This document shows positions 30,943 through 38,927 of a DNA stretch of 64,000 nt, one piece after another. The stretch lies in NCBI GenBank assembly GCA_034419075.1, contig DAOULR010000004.1, forward strand, positions 42,511 to 106,510, written 5' to 3'. Position 1 is the first letter of the stretch. Each line of letters starts with the position of its first letter. Under the pieces are notes generated by a model. It did no database searches. It was given only the letters and a program-made list of their open reading frames with translations, and was not told the DNA's origin. Origin of the DNA: Dehalococcoidales bacterium. GTDB taxonomy: Bacteria; Chloroflexota; Dehalococcoidia; Dehalococcoidales; BS750m-G39. A program made the position numbers and the translations under genes.

Positions 30943-31317
30943 ATGTCCAACAATGCCAAGGTAGGCGGGGTTTTATCTATAGTTGCCGGTGGTGTTGGCG
31001 TTTTTTGGGCAGTTTTCCTGGTATTCGTCAACACTTGGTTCGAATACTCGACCCATGTAAATGAATCCCAGTACGATGATTTCTTCAGCTTTATCTTCTT
31101 TTTCTACGCCGTTATCGGCACAATCGTGTTGTTTATCAGCGTGCTGGGGATAATCGGCGGCATTTATGCACTGCGTAGGAAGCGCTGGGGACTAGCTCTG
31201 GCTGGGGCTATAGCCAGTTGCTTGACCTTCCTTCCCTGCGGGGTACCAGCCGTCGTCTTTGTGTCTATGGGTAAGCCTGAGTTTTCCGCCAATAACCCAT
31301 CTGGCCCTCCACTCTAA
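30943..31317 (+). CDS. Small polytopic membrane protein (124 aa), unknown function
   Basis: Four predicted hydrophobic helices. RBS-like GGGGGGA upstream. Bracketed by the two copies of the ftsK 3'-end sequence. Confidence 0.6.
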   Translation: MSNNAKVGGVLSIVAGGVGVFWAVFLVFVNTWFEYSTHVNESQYDDFFSFIFFFYAVIGTIVLFISVLGIIGGIYALRRKRWGLALAGAIASCLTFLPCGVPAVVFVSMGKPEFSANNPSGPPL

Positions 31318-31331
31318 GCGCGGGGGCTTGT

Positions 31332-31385
31332 ATCATGGACCAGCTCGAAGAGGAGGGGTTCAAGTGGGGAGGGGAAGAGCTCTAG
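31332..31385 (+). pseudogene. Relic duplicate of the ftsK 3' end
   Basis: ATC ATG GAC CAG CTC GAA GAG GAG GGG TTC encodes IMDQLEEEGF, as does ftsK 30862-30891. The two differ only at 4 synonymous third positions, then diverge (KWGGEEL*). Confidence 0.55.
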
Positions 31386-31388
31386 CTG

Positions 31389-31631
31389 CTATTCCTTGGC
31401 CGCAACGTAGGCGCAGAGCCACGACCACAGGCCCCAGATAAAGAGGGCAATGGCTATCAGGAACCATTCCGTCGACCATAACTCGAAGACGGCTTCATAC
31501 TTGACGCCACTTACTATGCCAATCACCAGGCAGGCGAAGGCCAGAATCTCCATGATGAAAGCCACCGTGGCGTGGAACTTGGGACCCATACCGAAGAGCA
31601 GGAACTTTAGATTTTTGGGAACTGCCGCCAT
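31389..31631 (-). CDS. Small two/three-TM membrane protein, paralog 1 (80 aa)
   Basis: MAAVPKNLKFLLFGMGPKF...LIAIALFIWGLWSWLCAYVAAKE. GGAGG RBS. Paralogous to 31696-31947. Confidence 0.6.
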   Translation of the reverse strand: MAAVPKNLKFLLFGMGPKFHATVAFIMEILAFACLVIGIVSGVKYEAVFELWSTEWFLIAIALFIWGLWSWLCAYVAAKE

Positions 31632-31662
31632 TTTGTTGCCTCCTTAGAGTTTACTGCCCTTA

Positions 31663-31690
31663 ATTGTACTGATGAATCAAGCGTTGTCAA
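31663..31690 (-). promoter_or_regulatory. Promoter of paralog 1
   Basis: Minus strand TTGACA, 16-nt spacer, TACAAT, followed by TAA. Same architecture as 31980-32007. Confidence 0.55.
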
Positions 31691-31695
31691 TGGGT

Positions 31696-31947
31696 CTAGC
31701 TCTCCTTGCCTGTGGTGTAGGCCAGAAGCCAAGACCATAAACCCCCCACCCAGAGCGCAATGGCTATCAGCAGCCAGTGGGTCGGGTCCAGCCCAAGCTC
31801 TCTGCCCATAGCGGCGGCGATGATGCCCACCGCCAGGCAGGCCGTGCCCAGAATGTCCAGAGCCAGCGCTATCCAGGCGTGCCACAGATACCACTTTTTC
31901 CCTTTGCCGAAGAGCAGGAGCAGCGGGTCTTTGAGAATTGCGGCCAT
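31696..31947 (-). CDS. Small membrane protein, paralog 2 (83 aa)
   Basis: Start at ATG 31945-31947 behind AAGGAGA (MAAILKDPLLLLFGKGKKW...LIAIALWVGGLWSWLLAYTTGKES). The track start 32007 lies inside the promoter. Confidence 0.6.
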   Translation of the reverse strand: MAAILKDPLLLLFGKGKKWYLWHAWIALALDILGTACLAVGIIAAAMGRELGLDPTHWLLIAIALWVGGLWSWLLAYTTGKES

Positions 31948-31979
31948 ATCGGTCTCCTTGACGGGTGTTGTTGCTTTTA

Positions 31980-32007
31980 ATTGTACTATGGGATTAGGGG
32001 GTGTCAA
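31980..32007 (-). promoter_or_regulatory. Promoter of paralog 2
   Basis: Minus strand TTGACA, 16-nt spacer, TACAAT, followed by TAA. Confidence 0.55.
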
Positions 32008-32061
32008 TGAGGGGTAAAAGTTTGGGGCGGGAAGTCTGCGAAGGTAAAGTGAATTAGCTTG

Positions 32062-32802
32062 TTACTTTGGTTTTGTGTTAGAAGAATTAAATTGGACTAA
32101 TGCATTCCAATTTATTGCACCGTTAGTTACAAATTTATCACTGAACTCGGATGTAAATCTATTCACTATTTGAGCATATTCTTTGTAAAACTCCGAGTTC
32201 CTCTGTTTAGCCGAATGTCCGAGAGGCTCAATTATCTTTAGGTATAAATCGGGATTACCGGAAATGAACTCCCAGAACGTTTGACCACAATATTTAAAAT
32301 AATCACCTTTGTCAGGTTTTGAATCCCGTCCATAACAACATCCGTTCACAGATACTATATGTATGTTAGAATTGCTAGTGCGGAGGGTCTTCTGTGCCTT
32401 TCGGAAATCTTCTTTCATTTTTCTGATCTGGCTGCTATTACCCCAGTTTGGTCCTGACTTAATCGCTATGATGAAACGGGTCCTGTCCTTATCGAATTCT
32501 AAATCTATGCCTTGTGCGGACGATTTCCAGCCACCATATACTTTTTTATTTATGAAAATGGCCAATCCTTCGAGGAAATCCCCAAATATAGTCTCCTCCT
32601 GTGAGGATAAGTAAGCGTCAAGTAGGATTCTAACTAGGTCTTGAGCAAGCAGTATATTTTTTGCTTTGAATAGATACGGGTTTTTCCTCCGTAGCACAGT
32701 ATTGAGTTTTAGTTTCTTAATACTTTCCAACCTAGCTTTGTGAAAGCTACCAATATTCCCTTTTACGTATTCGCTAACCTCTGTTATTTCAATAGAGCCC
32801 AT
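32062..32802 (-). CDS. Putative type II restriction endonuclease (246 aa)
   Basis: Immediately downstream of, and overlapping (19 nt), a DNA methyltransferase gene in a strongly AT-rich islet. No catalytic motif confidently assigned. Family not recognised from memory. Confidence 0.55.
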   Translation of the reverse strand: MGSIEITEVSEYVKGNIGSFHKARLESIKKLKLNTVLRRKNPYLFKAKNILLAQDLVRILLDAYLSSQEETIFGDFLEGLAIFINKKVYGGWKSSAQGIDLEFDKDRTRFIIAIKSGPNWGNSSQIRKMKEDFRKAQKTLRTSNSNIHIVSVNGCCYGRDSKPDKGDYFKYCGQTFWEFISGNPDLYLKIIEPLGHSAKQRNSEFYKEYAQIVNRFTSEFSDKFVTNGAINWNALVQFNSSNTKPK

Positions 32803-33656
32803 GAGTCCATTTTCCTGGCTTTGACGTTATTTTTTGTCTCCCAGATTTCAATCGAGTCCTGCGCTAATTGGTAGTAGTTATCCATTGTTTCTATGCCAAT
32901 GTAGTGTCTCTTTAGATTCAAACAGGCGATTGCAGTTGTTCCTGAGCCTATAAATGGATCAAGTACTACATCATCTTCCTTGGTAAATAATTTTATAAAC
33001 CAGGTGGGTAGAGATATGGGAAAAGAAGCACTATGCCCACGGTTAGCGCACTCTGTAGGAAGATGTAACACATTGGTAGGATAAACATACTTTTTCCCAA
33101 GCCAATTTGAGATATTTTTACCAAAGCCACTGCCGACTTTGGATTCGTCTCTTATGAGATCTGTTGCGCTAAGTTTAGATAGTCTCTTTTTACTCCAATT
33201 ACCTATTGGAACCATGACGGCTTCTTGGTACATATTAAATTTCTTCTGCTTATTGAATTGTAAGCATCTTTCCCACGCATCTCTGAAACGGTTAGGCCAT
33301 TTCCCAGGATAGCAGTTTTTCTTATGCCAGATATATTCTTCTGTCCAGAGCCAACCTTGTTTTTTCATTTCAAGTATTAACTCAAGTACATATGTCTGGC
33401 GTTCGCCATTTTCTGCCCTTTCTTTAATGTTTAGGATAAAAGTGCCGTCATTTTTTAGGACGCGTTTTAACTCTGAAGATATTGGTAAAAACCAGTTTAC
33501 ATAGTTCTTAATTGGGATCCCTTTATATGTTTTTTTCCGATTGTCGGCGTAAGGTGGCGATGTGAATATGAGGTCAACACATGAGTTTGGAAGTGTTTTT
33601 AATTGTTCGAGAGAATTGCCCTTTAAAATGCTGTCTAGTTCAAACATTGTTGACAA
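32784..33656 (-). CDS. Beta-class DNA amino-methyltransferase (N4-cytosine or N6-adenine)
   Basis: 290 aa. Motif IV FTSPPYA near the N-terminus and motif I DPFIGSGTT near the C-terminus (beta permutation). SPPY favours N4-cytosine specificity. Confidence 0.85.
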   Translation of the reverse strand: MSTMFELDSILKGNSLEQLKTLPNSCVDLIFTSPPYADNRKKTYKGIPIKNYVNWFLPISSELKRVLKNDGTFILNIKERAENGERQTYVLELILEMKKQGWLWTEEYIWHKKNCYPGKWPNRFRDAWERCLQFNKQKKFNMYQEAVMVPIGNWSKKRLSKLSATDLIRDESKVGSGFGKNISNWLGKKYVYPTNVLHLPTECANRGHSASFPISLPTWFIKLFTKEDDVVLDPFIGSGTTAIACLNLKRHYIGIETMDNYYQLAQDSIEIWETKNNVKARKMDSWALLK

Positions 33657-33724
33657 TACCTTTAATACTCACGCGGTTTATATTAGTTTACTAAATAATT
33701 AGTTTTTTGAAAATAGGCTGTTAC

Positions 33725-33868
33725 TCACCTCCCCCTCCCCAATCTCTTTAAAATCGCATCCATGTAAACCCGTGCCAGGTTCTTGCCGTGCTTGGACATG
33801 CGCTCCCGCTTCTTCTTGAGCTTCTTCTCGCGGCGCTCCTGTTTGGTCTCCAGCTCGTCGTCGCTCAT
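33725..33868 (-). CDS. 47-aa basic micro-ORF translationally coupled to uvrB
   Basis: Hand translation: [50 protein letters not shown] overlaps the uvrB stop (ATGA at 33865-33868). Host-like GC. Different frame from track ORF 33699..33917. Confidence 0.35.
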   Translation of the reverse strand: MSDDELETKQERREKKLKKKRERMSKHGKNLARVYMDAILKRLGRGR

Positions 33869-35862
33869 TTCTCCATCTCCACAATCTCCACCGGCTCGAA
33901 CTCCTTGCGCAGCTCAACGATGCGGTCCCGGATTAGCGCCGCCTTTTCGAACTCCAGGTTGCGGGCGGCGGTCTTCATCTGGCCCTCTAATTCCTTGATG
34001 AGGCGGGTGACGTCCTCGCGGGTGGGTGGGGCTTCGGCGCTATAGACGGCGCGGACCTCGGCGGCGACCTTGACGCGCTCGGTGATGTCCCTGATGGCCT
34101 TGCGGATGCCCTGCGGGGTGATGCCGTGCTCCTGGTTAAAGTCCTCCTGGATGCGGCGGCGGCGCTGGGTCTCGTCGATGGCGGCCTGCATGGACTTGGT
34201 GATGGTGTCGGCGTACATGATGACGTGGCCGTCAATGTGGCGGGCGGCGCGGCCCATCGTCTGAATCAAAGCCCCCTCCGACCTGAGGTAGCCCTCCTTG
34301 TCGGCATCGAGAATAGCCACCAGGCTGACCTCGGGCAAATCGAGCCCTTCGCGCAGCAGGTTTATGCCCACCACCACGTCGTAGACGCCCAGGCGCAGGT
34401 CGCGCAGGATTTCCACCCTCTCCAGGGTATCAATCTCCGAATGCAGATAGTGGGTCTTGACGCCCATCTCAATGAGGTAGTCGGCCAGCTCCTCGGCCAT
34501 GCGCTTGGTCAGCGTGGTCACCAGGCAGCGCTCCTTCTTGTCCACGCGCGCCTTAATCTGCTCCATGAGGTCGTCAATCTGCCCCTTGGTCGGCTTGATT
34601 TCCACCGTCGGCTCCAAAAGCCCGGTGGGGCGGACTAATTGCTCGACGACCTGCTGGCTGTGCTGGTACTCGTATTCGCCGGGGGTGGCTGAGGTATAGA
34701 CGACCTGGTTGATGCGCTGGCCGAACTCGGTAAAATTCAGGGGGCGGTTGTCCAGAGCGGAGGGCAGGCGAAAGCCGTACTCCACCAGCGTTTCCTTGCG
34801 GGCGACATCGCCGTGGTACATGCCGCGTATCTGGGGGATGGTCATGTGCGACTCGTCAATAAAGAGGAGGAAGTCTTTGGGGAAGTAGTCCAAAAGCGTC
34901 GAAGGGGGGCTGCCGGGAGGTCGCTGCGCCAGGTGGCGGGAGTAGTTCTCCACGGCGTGGCAGTAGCCCGCCTCACGCAGCATCTCCATATCATAGTTGG
35001 TGCGGGCCTCCAGCCGGGCGGCCTCCAAGAGCTTACCCTGGCCTTTGAGCTCGACAAGGCGCTCGGCAAGCTCCTCCTTAATGCTGTCAATGGCCGTGAG
35101 CAGCTTGTTGTGAGAGGTGACGAAATGCTTGGCGGGGTAGATATCCACCGCCTCCATCTCGTTGAGCATTTCGCCGGTGAGGGGGTCAATCTCAATGATG
35201 CGCTCCAGCGTGTCGCCGAAGAACTCGATGCGCAGGGCCAAATCCTCGTATGAGGGCTGAATCTCAAGGGTGTCGCCGCGGACGCGGAACTTGCCCCGGG
35301 TGAAATCAATGTCGTTGCGCTCGTACTGCATGTCCACCAGCTGCCGCAGCAGATCGCGGCGGGAGTAGCTCTCACCCTTCTTGAGGCTCAAAACGAAGCT
35401 GCGGTATTCCTCGGGCTCGCCCAGGCCGTAGATGCAGGAGACCGAAGCCACGATGACCACGTCCCGCCGCTGGAAGAGGGAACGGGTGGCGGCGTGGCGC
35501 AGCTTGTCGATTTCCTCGTTGATGTCAATCTCCTTCTCGATGAAGGTGTCGGTGCGGGGAAGGTAGGCCTCGGGCTGGTAATAATCGTAGTAGCTGACGA
35601 AGTACTCCACGGCGTTTTCGGGGAAGAACTCCTTGAACTCGGTGGAGAGCTGGGCGGCCAAAGTCTTGTTGTGGCAGATGACCAGCGTGGGGCGCTGCAC
35701 GCGGGCGATGACGTTGGCCATGGTGAAGGTCTTGCCGCTGCCCGTAACGCCGAGCAGCGTCTGGTGCTTATAGTCCTTTTCCAGACCCTCCACCAGCCTG
35801 TCCACCGCCTGGGGCTGGTCGCCGGTCATCTTAAAGTCAGAGACAATCTTGAAGTCGGGCAT
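33865..35862 (-). CDS. uvrB: Excinuclease ABC subunit B
   Basis: 665 aa. Walker A GVTGSGKT, helicase motifs, C-terminal UVR domain ([13 protein letters not shown]). Confidence 0.95.
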   Translation of the reverse strand: MPDFKIVSDFKMTGDQPQAVDRLVEGLEKDYKHQTLLGVTGSGKTFTMANVIARVQRPTLVICHNKTLAAQLSTEFKEFFPENAVEYFVSYYDYYQPEAYLPRTDTFIEKEIDINEEIDKLRHAATRSLFQRRDVVIVASVSCIYGLGEPEEYRSFVLSLKKGESYSRRDLLRQLVDMQYERNDIDFTRGKFRVRGDTLEIQPSYEDLALRIEFFGDTLERIIEIDPLTGEMLNEMEAVDIYPAKHFVTSHNKLLTAIDSIKEELAERLVELKGQGKLLEAARLEARTNYDMEMLREAGYCHAVENYSRHLAQRPPGSPPSTLLDYFPKDFLLFIDESHMTIPQIRGMYHGDVARKETLVEYGFRLPSALDNRPLNFTEFGQRINQVVYTSATPGEYEYQHSQQVVEQLVRPTGLLEPTVEIKPTKGQIDDLMEQIKARVDKKERCLVTTLTKRMAEELADYLIEMGVKTHYLHSEIDTLERVEILRDLRLGVYDVVVGINLLREGLDLPEVSLVAILDADKEGYLRSEGALIQTMGRAARHIDGHVIMYADTITKSMQAAIDETQRRRRIQEDFNQEHGITPQGIRKAIRDITERVKVAAEVRAVYSAEAPPTREDVTRLIKELEGQMKTAARNLEFEKAALIRDRIVELRKEFEPVEIVEMEK

Positions 35863-35984
35863 ACTAATAGTATAGCTTTTGAGGCTAGCGCTGACAATGC
35901 TATTGAGCTATTGACAGGACGCCGCATATCTTATAGACTGTGTATTCACATACAGGAATGGCTTTAAAAGAAAAGGAGGCTAAT

Positions 35985-36197
35985 ATGTCGGAGAGCGTTT
36001 ACAAGATAATCACTCTGGTGGGCACCAGCACCAATTCGTGGGAGGACGCAGCCCGGGAGGCGGTGGAGACCGCGGGCAAGACGCTGCGCGACCTGCGCAT
36101 CGCCGAGATCGAAGAGCTGGACATGCAGATTGACAAGGGCAAGGTTATCAACTACCGGGCCAAGGTAAAGTTATCCTTTAAGTACGAAGGCAAATAG
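35985..36197 (+). CDS. Dodecin-family flavin-binding protein
   Basis: 70 aa from ATG 35985 behind AAAGGAGG. MSESVYKIITLVGTSTNSWEDAAREAVETAGKTLRDLRIAEI matches the dodecin pattern. Confidence 0.75.
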   Translation: MSESVYKIITLVGTSTNSWEDAAREAVETAGKTLRDLRIAEIEELDMQIDKGKVINYRAKVKLSFKYEGK

Positions 36198-36232
36198 GCT
36201 GATAGCTTAGCAACCTAATACCAGGAGACGTC

Positions 36233-36266
36233 GGGGAGGGGCGTTTACCCCTCCCTGATTTTTTTA
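36233..36266. terminator. Bidirectional hairpin terminator
   Basis: GGGGAGGGG-CGTTTA-CCCCTCCC followed by T7. Lies between convergent dodecin and the 36264-36530 gene. Confidence 0.65.
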
Positions 36267-36530
36267 TGATTGGGAGTATTTGCGGCAGCCGTACCAGTAA
36301 ACAACCCAGAACGTCAGCCCGTAGCCAGCTATCCTGACGGCGTACAGGAGGCCTTCCAGCGTCTCTTTCAGGTCGAGGAGGGTGAACAGGTGCGAGACGC
36401 CGAAGAACCCGAAGGCGGCGCCCAGCAGCAGGGCCCACGTCCTTCGATTTTTGATGTAGGCGGTGACGCCCATGGAGAGGATGATGACGCAGAAGATGAA
36501 GTTGGTGAGGATTTGGGGGTCTATATCCAT
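36264..36530 (-). CDS. Small three-TM membrane protein (88 aa)
   Basis: MDIDPQILTNFIFCVIILSMGVTAYIK... hydrophobic helices. No family recognised. Confidence 0.5.
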   Translation of the reverse strand: MDIDPQILTNFIFCVIILSMGVTAYIKNRRTWALLLGAAFGFFGVSHLFTLLDLKETLEGLLYAVRIAGYGLTFWVVYWYGCRKYSQS

Positions 36531-36573
36531 TTTTAGCTCCTTTGGGGGGAAGGTTGGGCTACTGCGAGGATTA

Positions 36574-37215
36574 CTATTTAATTAGCTGAAGTGCCCTTCT
36601 AGGCCTTATTACTTCGAGATGATATCTTTCCCTTAATTCTTTCCCGAGGTTTAGAAGGTCTCCATCCATAGTTACAAAATACGCTGCCTTCTGTAATATT
36701 GCGGTTATAACCAGTATTGCATCTTGAGTTCTTAGCGTAGGATAGAGAAAGACTAGGGAAGAGTAGATGTCAAAGTAATCTGCTGTATCAGATGGGGTAG
36801 TTGTCGATATTATTTCAATTTTACGCTCGAATAAAGTATCGAATCCCTTCGAAGCTAATTCATAAAGCTTTCTTGAGAGTTCCTGTGGGAAACTAACTTC
36901 TTTTGTCTCCCTTTTATAGCTCCATCTAGAGATTGGTATTCCTTTCGTGAACATAATAATACTGCGAACTTCATCTCTTATGCCTGAAAATACTTCTGAT
37001 AAGGAAAGCTCGGTGACTAAAAGTTGCTGGTTGTTATCTGAAAGTTCCAACGCTCTATCAATGAAATCACACGATTCCTTGTATCGGTTTCTGTAGACGT
37101 CCCCAAATTCTTGGGCTAAATGGAACTCCTGTGTCACGAATTCCATAACCTTGTTGGTCATCAGCCAGTGGACTATTACGTTTGTATCTATGAGCCACTT
37201 GTGTATAGTAGCCAT
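36574..37215 (-). CDS. Enlarged PIN-like domain protein (213 aa)
   Basis: N-terminal LIDTNVIVHWL (first PIN acidic residue). Further acidic positions in VTELSLSEV, TQDAILV, TMDGD. About 80 aa longer than a typical VapC. AT-rich. Confidence 0.6.
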   Translation of the reverse strand: MATIHKWLIDTNVIVHWLMTNKVMEFVTQEFHLAQEFGDVYRNRYKESCDFIDRALELSDNNQQLLVTELSLSEVFSGIRDEVRSIIMFTKGIPISRWSYKRETKEVSFPQELSRKLYELASKGFDTLFERKIEIISTTTPSDTADYFDIYSSLVFLYPTLRTQDAILVITAILQKAAYFVTMDGDLLNLGKELRERYHLEVIRPRRALQLIK

Positions 37216-37352
37216 TACTTCTTTGTCCGCTTTTTAGGAGACCAAAGACCTTTTATCTGTCCCCTTTGACCTCCGCTCGTAGTCTTCCCTCTTACGGAGT
37301 AATATTTCTTAGTAACGGGGTTATATATTCTTTTAGTCCTTCTACTTGCCAT
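37215..37352 (-). CDS. 45-aa ultra-basic micro-ORF overlapping the PIN start
   Basis: Hand translation: MASRRTKRIYNPVTKKYYSVRGKTTSGGQRGQIKGLWSPKKRTKK. Its stop overlaps the PIN ATG (TAATG). GAGG lies 11 nt upstream. Confidence 0.45.
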   Translation of the reverse strand: MASRRTKRIYNPVTKKYYSVRGKTTSGGQRGQIKGLWSPKKRTKK

Positions 37353-37411
37353 TAAACTAGACCTCATTGATTAGCTTTTTATAAAAATCTTTCCCTGTTT
37401 GATTGGCATGT

Positions 37412-37531
37412 TTACTCTGGGGTAGACCTGCGGAAAGGCTTTACTGTGACCGTTTTCCGTGTCTTACCTGGCTTAGCTCTTTTGTATTCACGTACAGGGA
37501 CAATCTTCTTTCCTTCTTTTGTCTTGGCCAC
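37412..37531 (-). CDS. 39-aa ultra-basic micro-ORF, paralog of 37215-37352
   Basis: GTG start 8 nt after AAAGGAGG: (M)AKTKEGKKIVPVREYKRAKPGKTRKTVTVKPFRRSTPE. Shares [KR]I..PV...Y....GKT with the neighbouring micro-ORF. Confidence 0.45.
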   Translation of the reverse strand: MAKTKEGKKIVPVREYKRAKPGKTRKTVTVKPFRRSTPE

Positions 37532-37578
37532 TATAACCACCTCCTTTTTGTTTACTCCCCCCAAATATTATACCACCC

Positions 37579-38070
37579 CTAATCCCCTTTCCCCTCCCCA
37601 CCCTCAACCTCCTCAGCAATGCCGATGCGCTTCACCGAAAGGGGCACATAGTTGACCATCTTGCACTCAATCAGGTCTTTAAGCTCCTTCTCGGCGGGAG
37701 TAAGCGCCGCCTTTTCCGTCTTGACCTCGATGAAGTCAACGCCCTCGCCGTACTTGATGCCGACGAAGTCAACGGGCTCGCCGCCGAGATAAAAGAGACG
37801 GTCATAATGCGTCAGCTCCAGAGTGGCCAATAGCTCGTTGAGCTTACCCGCCCTGACGGCCTCGCTGGAGGTAATAGATTTGAGGACATCGCGGGGCAGG
37901 CTTTCCAAAATGCGCTGAATCTCCCGCACCGAGTCCGCCGAAGCCAGAGCGAAGCGCAGCTTTTCGGCCAGCTGGTCAACGTCGGTGGCGGGGGCCTTCC
38001 TCATCCGAAAGATTAAGACTATGATTACAATGACGAGGAGGAAGATTACGGCCAGGAGGGCGTATTCCAT
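37579..38070 (-). CDS. Membrane-anchored endonuclease-like protein related to archaeal Holliday-junction resolvase (COG4741-like)
   Basis: 163 aa. N-terminal TM helix. C-terminal GGEPVDFVGIKYGEGVDFIEVKTEKAALTPAEKELKDLI, with an E-x-K core as recalled for COG4741. Confidence 0.55.
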   Translation of the reverse strand: MEYALLAVIFLLVIVIIVLIFRMRKAPATDVDQLAEKLRFALASADSVREIQRILESLPRDVLKSITSSEAVRAGKLNELLATLELTHYDRLFYLGGEPVDFVGIKYGEGVDFIEVKTEKAALTPAEKELKDLIECKMVNYVPLSVKRIGIAEEVEGGEGKGD

Positions 38071-38081
38071 CTTGTCTCCTT

Positions 38082-38294
38082 TTAGAGTTCTTCCTGGGCG
38101 ACCTTCAGCTTTATCTCCTTGGGGGTGGCTTTATCTATCTTGTCGGGGGGAATGAAATAGCCGGCCTCGGTGGGGTCGGTGGTGACCTGAAACTTGCTGA
38201 TTTCGCCCGTCCAGGAGTCCCTTATGATGTTGTTAACCGTCCCCAGCAGCTTGCCATTCTTGTCCTTTACCTTGGCGCCGTACTCAATCTGCAT
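38082..38294 (-). CDS. PRC-barrel-like small protein (70 aa)
   Basis: Start at ATG 38292-38294 behind GGGAGG. GAKVKDKNGKLLGTVNNIIRDSWTGEISKFQV fits the PRC-barrel pattern. Confidence 0.45.
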   Translation of the reverse strand: MQIEYGAKVKDKNGKLLGTVNNIIRDSWTGEISKFQVTTDPTEAGYFIPPDKIDKATPKEIKLKVAQEEL

Positions 38295-38345
38295 AGCAAT
38301 ACCTCCCATCAAAAGCTATTCACGTTATCTTTAAGCTAAAAGCGG

Positions 38346-38927
38346 TTACTTGGCGGCGAAAAAGCCAAGCGCCAGCTTTATCTTTTCCTCTAGGGTCAGG
38401 TCGGGGTCGGGGGGGATGGTGGCAATAGCGCGGGTGGCTTCCCGCAACGAGTAGCCCAGGGCGGTGAGGGCGCCTAGGACCTCGGCGTTTTCCTCGGCGA
38501 ACTCGGGGGGTGGGGTTACCCAGCCGGCACCTATCTTCTCTTTAAGCTCCAGTATGATGCGTTGCGCCGTCTTTTTGCCCACACCCGGTATTTCGGCCAG
38601 GAGGTTGGCGTTACCGGTGGCGATGGTCATGGCCAGCTTTTCGGCGCTCATCGCCGAGAGCATGGACAGCGCCAGCTTGGGGCCCAGCCTGGATACGGAA
38701 ATCAAAGTCTGGAAAAGCCCCAGCTCTTCGGGGGCGGCGAAGCCATAGAGGGCAGCAATGTCTTCCCGGAGATGGAAGTGGGTATGCAACTCGACATCCT
38801 CTCCTTTAGCGCCCAGAGTGGAGAGGGTGGAGGTGGGCATAAAGACCTTGAAGCCGACGCCGTTGACGTCAATGACGGCCCAGTCGCTGCCTATCGTCTC
38901 CAGCTTTCCTTTAAGAGAGGCTATCAC
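38346..38927 (-). CDS. ruvA: Holliday junction branch-migration complex subunit RuvA
   Basis: 193 aa. MIASLKGKL...VNGVGFKV OB start. Two HhH motifs (IPGVGKKTAQRI). Confidence 0.92.
   Translation of the reverse strand: MIASLKGKLETIGSDWAVIDVNGVGFKVFMPTSTLSTLGAKGEDVELHTHFHLREDIAALYGFAAPEELGLFQTLISVSRLGPKLALSMLSAMSAEKLAMTIATGNANLLAEIPGVGKKTAQRIILELKEKIGAGWVTPPPEFAEENAEVLGALTALGYSLREATRAIATIPPDPDLTLEEKIKLALGFFAAK

Noticed and set aside
33699-33917. 72-aa track ORF downstream of and overlapping uvrB.
   Set aside because: It overlaps the uvrB 3' end in another frame and reads R/W/E-rich nonsense. A different frame gives a shorter ORF precisely coupled to the uvrB stop, which is reported separately at low confidence.
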